Shown piece after piece: positions 53,251 through 64,000 of a stretch of DNA of 64,000 bases. A program made the position numbers and the translations under genes. Under the pieces are notes generated by a model, which worked only from the letters and a program-made list of their open reading frames with translations, was not told where the DNA came from and made no database searches. The stretch is from Anthoceros angustus (Eukaryota > Plantae > Anthocerotophyta): the NCBI GenBank assembly GCA_010909165.1, contig MU008221.1:129464-193463 (forward strand). Direction: 5' to 3'. How positions within the stretch are numbered: the stretch's first letter is position 1; each line of letters begins with the position of its first letter.

Positions 53251-55663
53251 CCCCAAAAGGGAATGAGAAAACTAAAGCCTTGAAGGATTTACTGATCATT
53301 TGTCAGCTAATTGATACTCCACTGGTGAAGTAGGCTTTGCAATAGCTAGAGGAGTTGAGGTGAGCCGTCAAGACAAGAGCAACCGCCCTGAGGCATGTGG
53401 GAGAAGAAAGCGACCAAGGAGATGGCGTTGGCGAAGGGGCGCCTAAAACTGTACAGTCTTTGCAATGAGACTTTCCAGGCTATCCCGGCAGTGTATAAGG
53501 ACTGTCCCAATAGTCGGGACTGCCCAGCCCACGAAGTGGGACCTTCCAATTCTTGAAATGGGGCTAGCTGGGGTCAGCTCAACACACTCTTAGCGTCAGC
53601 AAAACACACCACACCAGTGCTTCCCGTAGCTATAATAGCTAGCTTGCCCCTGGAAATTCACAAGACTTGAATGGTTCACAGCGAAATCTCCCAAAATCAG
53701 AAATGTTGGCAAAGAACTCGCTTGTCCCTATGCCTGGATTGTATCAGTTAGCCCGCAAGGGACCGCCCAAAATCCCCACTGTGAGATCCATGCCCCCTAG
53801 ATTGGGATTGTGTAAGCTAAATCTGGGACAGTCCCAAGTATGGGACAGTCCCCCACAATCCCTGGAATGGGATTGACAGTCCCTGTAATAGGATTGTCTG
53901 GGGTCAGCTCCCACGCCTCTAAGGGTTAGCAACGACAAACAGCGCTCACAGATTTGAAATTGAAACGTGTCAAATAAACGGGATCCTCCCCTCCCACTTT
54001 CTGACCGCGCTGAGCCAGACAACTTGATGGTGGGATCTATCCTCCTTTCTAGCACGCTGTCACTATAAGAAACCAGCAAAAGTGCAAGGGCCGCTGCCTC
54101 AGCAAATCCCAAAATCCCCAAAATTCCCAAAATCAGAAATGTTGGCAAAGCTACAATCCACCTGCTCTTGATCTAGGAATCCAAAGTATCAGACCATGCT
54201 GTAGCCCGCATGAGATGGAAATCTTGAATGGCAAGATCTGTCCTCCCTCTCCCACAAGCTCTGCTACTGCAAAGAACAAAGAGGAATGAGAAAAGCGCCT
54301 GCTAGATCTTGAATTCCCAGCTGTATTTGGGAAAGCCCACAGATTAGGCCTGGATTTGGCCTCCTCTCCAACACGCCATCACTGTAAGAAGCTAGCAGAG
54401 GTGAAGGAATGCTTAGAAGACCTCGAAATCCTAGCTGAATCTGCGAATGCCCATAGGCTGAGCCTGGATTGGGCCACAGCTGCAGCTGTAATCGCCCAGT
54501 TGTGCTCTAGGCTCCAAGATGGCATCGCCCCGGCTAGAGGAGGCGCCTCAAATGCCACCGCTCCATCTTGGAGAAGCGCCCTTGAAGATTTGGTCTTCAA
54601 ATGAAGCGATCTCTTGCAACCAATATAAATCTCGATGTTTCCTGGGCCACAATTTGCGCTGGCTGGAGGTTCGTAAATCATGCCTCAGCGCTGCAAAGGG
54701 AGCCACGTGGTGAGCAAAAACGCCCAGATCTGCAAGGTTTGATGCCCAGATGGCTAGAAAATCACACAATATCCATGTTCCTAGTAGCAGCGCTCTTGAG
54801 GCGCAATTTCGAAGACCAAAGGAGATAGACGCCCTCCTCCCCATCTTCACGCCGGTGTCCGCTATCATCCTCACGCTCCGCCCAACTCGATTTCCAGCTG
54901 ATGTTCTCGTCATGATGCGGAAGCAGCCCTCACGCTTGGTGCTGCTCCTTCCACGTTGATCAGGTGCCTTATTTGGGTTTGTACCCCGTTCGGTTTCAGA
55001 CCTAAACTAAGTGGCTTTTTCTAGCCTACCTAGTTATCCGTTCAAAACGGATCTATTTCCTGTAACTAATATTTAAAGGAAATGAATCCTTGGACAATGG
55101 GCCAATCAAAATAAAGGACATGTTCCCATGTCCTTGGTTAATGAAAATGCCTAACAAAATGTAGTTTATAAAAGCAAGCATACATCAAGTTCACATTCTT
55201 TGCGCAAGTGCACTTAGTCCTTGTCTTGACGTGAAGGGCCTACCGGCCCTACGTGGATCGCTTTGGGCGACTGTGCGCGCACCATGGTGCAAGGAGGCCC
55301 AGGTGCGCACACTTGTCCGCGCACCAAGGTCAAGAAGGGCCTAGGAGTATGAACCCAGATGGTTCATGCCTCATAGTGCACTCCCAGACGGTTCACCCAA
55401 AGAAAAAAAGAGCAAAAATCTGAAAAATCCCAAAAAAATTCCCAAAAAAGTCCAAGTTTTTGAGGCAAATGCGCGCACTTGCCTAAAATTTTTGTTTTTT
55501 TTTGCATTTTTTGCTATATTTTTATATTTTTGTTCTTTTGAAGGGTTCCTTTTGACGTTTTCAACCTTTTTTGTGCACCTCCCTAATGTGGATATGTTCT
55601 TATCTTTACTTAGCCCTAATCTTTATTCTAGTGGTAAAACTTTGAACTAGTAGTGAGAACTTT

Positions 55664-56798
55664 TTGCATCTTTTGAATCTTGAGACGTTTGACGTGGGCC
55701 CAGCTCCAAGTGTAGACCATACCACTCTCATTCTTGCACCGCACGCAGATCAAGAGCATCAGGTTAATGAAGATATTATTGTCCCAATGTCTAAGAAACA
55801 AAGTATTGTAAAATTCCCAGAGCGAGAGTATAGTCTTAGGATTGACTGGTACGAATGAAAGGTTGGTGCACACCAGAATTACAGCAAGCCCCAAAAAATC
55901 TAAATGTTTGTACACGCGCCGGTTAAGAGAATGACTTTCTTTCAGGAAGGCTCAGAATTGGATAAAGTTTAAAATCAAATATGTTTGTGCACGAGTAAAC
56001 AAGACCTGACTCTTCAAAACGGCCGTTTTTAGTGCGGATTTTTTAGCATGCAATTTGGGGTTTGCGGAAGTCCGTGTGCAAAAAGAGGTTACTGGAGAAA
56101 CTCCTTTCTACCCAGACGCTGTTTATCACAGTTCCAGATTTGTGAGAAAATCAGAGGAGGAGTCGATAGAGAACTTCATAGACCATGGGAGTGGTACAGC
56201 AGGGACGAGGCTGAGCGGAACTTGAATCCCATTGTTGTTCCGGATGTCTTTGTTATTCCGCCCAGCCAGTGAAACCTTGAACTGCCACATGTATCTCGGA
56301 ATTATAGGCCATCGGCCGATCGAGTTGGCGAGATTTGATGGAGATGTGTCCGAGATCAAATGAGGCCATATGATTGCAGTTCCATGTGAGACAGACGATC
56401 AAAATAAGCCTTTTTGAATTGCAGAAGTCGAAGACTTGGATTTCCTATGCGATGAACCTTACTTAGTTGTCCAGTGGTGGGTGACAAAGAATAACAATGC
56501 ATTCAAAGGAAGGTACCTACAGAGTAGGTACCTACCAGAGAAGATATTGGCTCCATACAACAGTGATAGAGAGGGATTGCGACAGTGGAGGAAGCGACCA
56601 AAGCATCTGATTCGAATATTGAGATCGGAGACATTTATTTTGGCAAACATATTTTCCTTTGCAAAGAATAGCACTCTACAAGTCCAGCTGAAGCTCATCA
56701 AGACAAAGTTGTTCAAACTTCAACATCTTCCTAGCATGCAAAAAAATAGTAGAGTTGAGGAGATCAAGGCAGACAGCCCATTAGCAGAGGAATTCTAA
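55664..56798 (+). pseudogene. Unidentified coding relic, possibly transposon-associated
   Basis: Three consecutive + ORFs with protein-like composition (e.g. DEPYLVVQWWVTKNNNAF...ETFILANIFSFAK); no family recognised. Confidence 0.25.
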
Positions 56799-56824
56799 TG
56801 GATAAAAATATTACTTCGGATGAA

Positions 56825-56960
56825 ATTAAGAATGGAGTAGAAGTGCAAAAACATTCGCAATGGATTTAAATGTTGTTTCGGATGAAAACCCCAAAATTAA
56901 GAATGGAGTAGTGTAGGCAGGCGCCAATTAAGAATGGAGTAAAAGTGTAGACAGGCGCCA
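56825..56960. repeat. Short degenerate repeat AATTAAGAATGGAGTA x3
   Basis: Visible at ~56825, ~56896 and ~56927. Confidence 0.8.
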
Positions 56961-59398
56961 ATGATGATGACATCCGACTTGCATCACAACCTGCCTGATA
57001 AATGAGATTCAGAGTTCTTGGACCGTGTTTGGAAGTTCGGTATGCCGTGTTCGGCAGCTTGAGCTATGCAACTGAAACCTAAAAACCAAAACATAGGTGG
57101 CCCTGTGGTTCGTCAGGTGCTGATCTTAAACATCTCATAACCTTGGGCATCCGACTCCTACGCTTTTCATGTGGGATTCTCAGTGGTACCTTACCCATGA
57201 GCATTGGAGACCTACGCAATTGTCACACCTGGACTCTCATGAAAACAACCGCCGACGAAACTAAGATTCGGCTGCAAAAAGTAAGTAGGCAAATATCCAG
57301 GGACGACTTTCTTTGGGAAGGCCATCAGTATCTAGATCTCAGATATGGCCAATGCCATCTGCCCGCATCATGGTTGACCTAGGAAAGGTCTCATTTCCTT
57401 CCCACCTCTTCAATCCATTACCATTGTCGAACTGTTCCTGACGTACTATACTTGGTTCGTACTTGCTTCGAGACAGACTAGCACGGCAACCAGCCACAGC
57501 TGAAATAAAAGACACGAAGAACCCAATGTGTGACAGGACCAGACACGGAGAGACCAACACGAAGCCAAGCAAGAACAACACTCACAAAATCTCTAGGCCA
57601 CAAAAGTTTAACAGTAGGCTCACAATCGAAAGATGTGAAACCAGGGCAGGTCAGTAAGAATGGATATGCCTCAAGGTTTTGTCATCAGAAGTGGTAAAAC
57701 CACCTTTGACATCTAATTGCATCATCATCCCTGCCAGAATGTCAGCGGAGACCAGCCAGACAAGGGCACTAAAATAAGAAAATCAGATAACGATCTTAGG
57801 TCACTGCCTGCACAAGGGAAAAAAGACCTGAACCAATTCAACCGATTACACTAACCAGGACCAACGACGGGCACCCTACCCTAGCTATTACACTGAAGAT
57901 CAAACGAAACACCGTCCCAACAGAGTTTCACAGAGAATCAGAAAGGTTAAGTGTCTTCACTTAGGCTGTCAGAAACACGGACCAATTCCAATCATCTTCA
58001 CTGATGAAGACTCGCAAGCCCTACACAAGACCCGAACCCTAAAAACTAAAACACACGTAACACTGGTCAGCCGCGCAGCTCAGGATAAGTCTTGTGTTCA
58101 CGGATGAAGCATCATCTCAACAGTCTAACATGTATCAAAAACTCATCATCGCTGAAAGGCATGAAGCAAGAGAATGAGACTGAAACATGTCACACAGAGT
58201 CTGCACCACTTCACAGCCCAGACACCACGGCTTCAGGCAGGGAAACTCAGTCAGCGCCTGCAACTAGTTGATACTGTAAACCAGACAGTTGATGCTGTCA
58301 ACCAGACCTAGCAACATGTGGTCATCAGCATCGAGAAATGTTTCCTTGTAATCAAAGGCGCGCTCATCTTGTTGCAGTTTTCTCATTCATCACATGACCC
58401 ACAACATGAATGACAAGGACGCTCGAACCTACAGCATGAATAACGAGACAGCTAAGACACGGAGCCACCAGCAGAGGCCACGGGAAAGCCGCCTCTCCCG
58501 CAGAGCGAAATGACCGACTAATACTCTCCGAAGCCCTAAACCGACATTTTATACTCGCGGCCCCGTCTAGGTCGAGCTCCAGCCTCCAGCACCCCGCACC
58601 AATACCCTGTATCCATCCTTTGATTCCCTGGTCGCATGAGCCTTACCCGACCCGTTCACACCCGGCCGATGTGCACGAGGAACTGGTGGGCCATTCAGAA
58701 CAGGTCTGAAATTCGAGTTGCCCGCGGGCTATGCGGTGGTGATCCGTTGTGCATGTTGCGTGTCCGAATGCTGCGCGCTGTGCTGCGCTTTTTCTTCGAC
58801 TTCCGCTGGAAGTCCAGGTTGCCACATATCTCCTTTGACGCCGTCTCAGATCCCCAACTGCGTGAAAAATCTGCCATACTTTTGCGCATAGTCGCGGGCA
58901 ACAGATGGAGGAATGGGCTGTGCTCTGAAGATCCTGCGGTGAGCAGGATCCATGGCAATCGCCATCTCGCAATTCTTAGAACCGCAGGTGATCGGAAGAT
59001 GCCCAGGAGTTCCGGCAGAGTTTTAGTGTTGGGCTACGGATTTGGCAGTCATAGCGTGAAGAAGCTGGATCAGACACGTTGGTGGAGTTTGGCATTTGCA
59101 GGATGGGGTTGTTGCCTGAAAGAGGTTGATATGGTCTTCTAGGTTTTCAACTCTTTGTCGTCAAAATCGGAGGAATCGTGGATGTTATCCTTCTGGTGCC
59201 CTGCTGTCTTATTAGGGGGGCAGGATTCACGAAGCGTGCGTGTGGGAAGAAGCTTCTCATTGTCCTCCTCAGAGTCACTGTCGGAGAATTCCGTGTTGAT
59301 CACAAGATTGTTTTACCGTGGATTTCGATCAATCCGGAAGGATGGACCCGGGAGCCCAGAGTTTGGTTTCTAATCCGGATTACAGCAGGACTGTGTCA

Positions 59399-61408
59399 AT
59401 GGCTGAAAAGGATCAAAGTCTGGATTCTTGAGGATTCGATGCCGACCTATGCGAAGGAGCTAATAGCTGGAGGTGTGGCTGGCGGGTTTGCTAAGTCTGC
59501 CGTGGCTCCTCTTGAGCGTGTTAAGATTCTTTACCAGGTTGGTGCTCCTTTTCCTTGTGCTAGTCCATCAGACATGAGCACTGCTTGTCACTGAAATGTG
59601 CAGTGGCCTTGGTCCACTATTGCAAATCGTTTCACTTCAACCTGTGCATGAGGTCATTGTGAATTGTTGCGGATGGGAAAGCATTTCCGTAGTGCCTTTA
59701 GGGTTTCCAAGGCAATTGACGGTATAGCAATATCTTTAACACGGAGGTCCGTCAAGCAGTATTCTGATACTGCATATCGTATATTTTCACGAAACCATGT
59801 AATAGGAATCGCTTGTACATGGTTGGGCAGTGATCTTGGTCGGTGAACGCAGAGTTTGAAGTGTGAACTCAAGGTCATGGCATGGTATGGTTGTTGGCTT
59901 TTCTGTCAGGGGCACTTAGCTAGAGTCTGGTGAACTGCAGACTAGGCACGGCAACTTTCAGACACTTGGAGTCTGGCGGTCCTTGACGTCTATATGGACA
60001 AGTGAAGGCATTCGTGGGTTCTACCGGTGGGTCTTCCACCTTGAAGTAGCACCCGGTCTATGAACATGAGTGTGGCGTGGGTTTCAATTGGCAAACATTG
60101 TTGGCTGCTGGTATTGTTTTTCCTATTGCTGGTGGCCTGAGATAGAAGGCTTGTTTTGAAACAGAGGAAATGGTGCAAACGTCATGAGGGTCGTTCCATA
60201 CGCTGCTCTGCATTTTATGAGTTATGAGCAGTATCGCCGATGGATAATACAATACTATCCTCCAGCAGGTTCAGGGCCCATGGTTGACCTCGTTGCTGGG
60301 TCATTAGCTGGGGAACAGCGGTCATTAGCACGTACCCGTTAGATCTCGCACGGACTCGATTGGCATGCAATGTAAGTATAATGGAAGGCTTTTGGGCTTT
60401 GCTGATGCTCAGATGTGTAGATATTGTAATGCTGGCCACTTACAAGTTCACTTTTCGGCAGACGGGTTCCGCTGCAGCAGGGGATAGTTCTTTTAGAGGT
60501 GTTGTGTATAAAGGTGTTGGAGATGTCTTCTCCAGGGTTTACAAGGAGAGCGGTATCCGTGGATTGTACCGAGGGGTTGGTATGTGCCTTCAAGAAGACC
60601 TTAAACGGTTGCAACATCAGAACTGTTTTGAAATTGGCGTCGAAGTGTATGTGTATCAATGTACTAGCTAAGATTGATCCTCTTTAGGTTGACTTCTGGT
60701 ATTAATTTACCATGCCTTCCAGCCATGTCCATTTTCGTGCAATACTATATTGTTGTTTTTGTTGTGTTTGCAGGACCAACTTTGTGGGGAATATTCCCAT
60801 GCCGGTCTCAAGTTTTATGTATATGAATCATTGAAGAAGCAGATACCAGGTGATGATGAGCCTTCCATATTCTGGAAACTTGGGTGTGGGGAGTGGCTGG
60901 TTTAGTCAGCCAGACTTGCACCTATCCTCTTGATGTAATTAGGCGGCAGATGCAGGTAGATTTCATCACAGACTAAATAAGGCATGTTTGTTCTGTTTCT
61001 GCACTCTCCTCTTGATATCCTGTTTCAAGAATTGACAGTTGTTGCTGGGATCAGGTCCAAGGCGCATACAGAGGATCCGGATTGGTCCCTGTGCATTACA
61101 AGGGAACATGGCATGGTTTAGTCACAATTTTCCGCACTCATGGGTGGAGGCAGATGTATGCAGGGCTCAGCATTAACTACATCAAGGTCTTGAGGCAAAT
61201 GAGATGGCTGCTATCATTTTACTGCGTTTCGAGAGGCTCTTTTCATTTGCTTTCGTTCTCCTAACCTGCTACCGTACTGACCCTTGGAACGGCCACTTAT
61301 GTGCAGTTGGTACCCTCCGTGGCCATCGGGTTTGGTGCGTACGAAACTCTGAAGACTTGGCTAAAAGTCCCCCCTCGAGAAAAAGCACGGACCATAGTGA
61401 CCGGATAA
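59399..61408 (+). CDS. COAC: Mitochondrial carrier (SLC25), CoA transporter CoAc1/CoAc2-like; 7 exons: 59399-59537, 59941-60026, 60165-60371, 60462-60579, 60774-60955, 61055-61186, 61307-61408
   Basis: [28 protein letters not shown]; [27 protein letters not shown]; [10 protein letters not shown]; [12 protein letters not shown]; [25 protein letters not shown] introns. Four small deletions break the frame as assembled. Confidence 0.9.
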
Positions 61409-61867
61409 GTCACATGGAACTTCAGAAATTACATAGGTAGCTAGAGTCGATATACAAAAGTAGAGCTTCCAGGTACCTGTTAAATGGTGTTCATCACCAT
61501 TATTCATTATGCTGAGACCATTCACGTGCAAGTGTTTTAGCCCATGTGAGGAAGGTACCATTCATATGCAGGTCTTTTAGCCCATCTGACGGTTCATGTA
61601 TAGCATGGTAAAATCTGTTACAACATAGCAGCTTTTGATTGAATTGTTAGAAAAGCCGTTATAGCATAGGAGATTTCGATTGTTAGAATAGCTCAAATCC
61701 TGGATGCCATGTGCAATACCAACCTTTGAGCTTCAATCCATAATAAATTAGGTTTGTATAGTTAACGTGCTGAGTTTCTATAATATTTTTTAGTATGTAG
61801 TCAAAGTATCAAAATGCAATAAATATTAGTATCAAAGTGCAATAAATGTTCTCTAGATTCCACACGC

Positions 61868-62098
61868 AGCACAAGGGCTACTTGCAATACATAGCACTAG
61901 AACCCATTAAACTAAGAGATCTTATGGAGCAACTCACACAAGATGGAACACAAGGCCTCCAAGAAATGTATTGTCCTCAAGCACAAGGGCTACTTGCAAT
62001 ACATAGCACTAGAACCCGACCCATTAAACTAAGAGATCTTATAAAGCAACTACACACAAGATGGAGCACAAGGCCTCCAAGAAATGTATTGTCCTCAA
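61868..62098. repeat. Two-copy tandem repeat (~115 bp)
   Basis: AGCACAAGGGCTACTTGCAATACATAGCACTAGAACCC...GTATTGTCCTCAA occurs twice in succession. Confidence 0.9.
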
Positions 62099-64000
62099 TC
62101 AAAGACTTGTAATCCAACCCTTGCTGGTGTTCACAAAGTACACACTAAAGTCAAATTGGGTATTAATTCCAAAGACGGGCTTGCTCTGACATGATTGAAC
62201 CCGCATGAGAGTGAAGTACGGGATGAAGAATAGCGGCATCTAGGTTTGCGTGGAACAAAAAATATATCAAGAAGTGGAGAGGGTTTGAGTGAAATTAAAA
62301 CTGTATCAAAAAGTGGAGAGAAGCGAGTGCAAGCCTCTGCTATACCAACAGAGTAAAAACCTTTGTAAAAACCTTCCAAACAAGTATTTGAGTAAAGTAT
62401 GCATATTTGATATAATATACGCACTATACATTCTCTAAAGATGATGGTGAAAGATACATAGTTGTCACCATAGACCATCCGGTCATGTGAGACTATCTTT
62501 CAATTCAGTTCGAGCCAAACTCTCTCCACAAATCATAGTAAACAAATGATCTATAAGTTCTACTAACATATAAAGGGAAGGTTTATATTGAGGTGAAAAA
62601 ACGATGGGAAAAGCCCATCCAGGAGGGGACAACCAAAGGTGACTAGGGGGGTCGAGGTAGAAAGGAGCAACTAAGTTCCCTACCTAAGTCACCCCTCGCA
62701 CCCACAATGTCATATGCGGGAAGAATAAGCGGCACCGCAACCACGGAGGTAGAGGAAGATGCGTCACCTACTATCACCTTGTGGAGGATCATTGAGAGCG
62801 CTGAAGGGCAATTGAAACTTTGTCGGGTATGATGTGAAGTACGAGAGGGACAGGCCCGCGTGTCTGCAGCGCAAGATGGCAAGCTTTAATTTGTCAAGCC
62901 CTCACCATTGCCCCACGTTTCTAAATAGCGGAATAAAGAGTTCTACTAGCTCTACTACAATGCATTAGGATTTATGAGCTAGAAATGCGTCAGCAATTTC
63001 CGTCATAAATCAAACATATCTGAACCTGGCGGTATTGGCGATTGCAGGATGCTTGGTAGCAGGATGAGTAAATGCGGTCCTGCGTCATATTTCGCCCTGG
63101 TGCGGTCACATGTCCCTTGTATGGGTGGTTTGCCACCTTCCTTATTGCGGCTTTAGCTAAGGGCCCTCACTCGCTTGTGCTCAGGACACGGACCGCAAGG
63201 CGACACAGGTTTTCCCAAATGTCATTTCCGGCCCAAAGCGAGGGCACTGATCTCGGCCAGCATGCATGAACCCCAGCTTGGACGATGTACCGGGGCCAGG
63301 AGGGACCACAGGCGGACGGGTTCAGGCGATCGACACGAGCAGCCCTACCGGTATGCGCAATCACAAGATGGGGCCTTATGCATTTTCACACGTCCGCGGT
63401 TTTCGCTCACGGGCGTCATGCGAATCATGAGCCACGGGTTGTGTGCACTCTGCATGCTAGGTGGGATCGGTCTTCATTTGAGTCGGAGTAGTGCGATGCT
63501 GCGATGGCATGTGCCGGTATGATGGTGCGTTGTCCCTCTCAAGGCGTACCATGCATGCAAGAAGAAGGCCTATCCACGGACTTTAATTTGTGTGGGGTAC
63601 ACTGAATAGAAGGTAGCTACACTTGAGTTGTCCTCACCGCCTAGTTCTTATGCTTCAACTGCAGTTGATTAATAAAGCAAGCATGCGATGTCTTGCCGTG
63701 ATGCGTGGGTGCATTGTCCATTGTCCGCGTTGAAGGTGGAGTCTACATTTCCATGCCTAAGGAGCGGAAGATGGGAGATGGCCAGGAGGAGATGAATCAC
63801 CCAGCAAGCTCTTGTGTGTTGTGACATGGTCGGCCTCCACCCAAGGCGGTCGAGAGAAGTGTGCACACGCATGGAGTGTAACCTTGTGTCTAGGGACACC
63901 GTGAGGTCCACATTCACCCAATGTCGTTGTAGGCCTAGGATTCGCTCCCAAGGGAATGGTTTGTGCCAAAAGCGCTAACTTCTATCACTCTGACCTTTGC

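Noticed and set aside
55300-55354. Hairpin followed by CTAG, resembling a Helitron 3' end
   Set aside because: CTAG is not followed by T, and no 5' TC terminus or Rep/helicase was found.
55395-55545. A-rich/T-rich foldback around AGGCAAATGCGCGCACTTGCCT
   Set aside because: Arms are low-complexity, with only a short specific stem; insufficient to call an element.
58636-59142. 168-aa ORF upstream of the carrier
   Set aside because: Lies in the presumed promoter/5' UTR, has no recognisable motifs, and is likely a chance GC-rich ORF.
62100-64000. Short ORFs at the right end of the window
   Set aside because: No recognisable motifs, splice pattern or repeat structure.

Overview
Eukaryotic land-plant genomic DNA, probably a non-seed plant with short introns (taxon is inference). 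The sequence carries many 1-3 bp deletions, so most genes look frameshifted. The left 33 kb is a tandem array of a multi-gene unit: [PR-1/CAP gene, ~8.2 kb cassette of orphan and transposase-like ORFs, neprosin gene]. It is present as one full unit (1-12618), a second unit (12619-31496) whose cassette is precisely inverted and holds a non-autonomous Athila-like LTR element (15480-24462, TSD ACAAC), and a truncated third unit (31497-33326). A related near-complete Athila-like Ty3/Gypsy element (35530-50082) has 3.6 kb LTRs that appear to contain an accessory ORF. Degenerate mobile-element-like DNA follows (50-57 kb), then a 7-exon mitochondrial CoA-carrier-like gene (59399-61408). Six local tandem duplications have microhomology at their junctions. 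No rRNA, tRNA or CRISPR array was found. Coordinates of degenerate features are approximate and were read by eye; no database searches were run.
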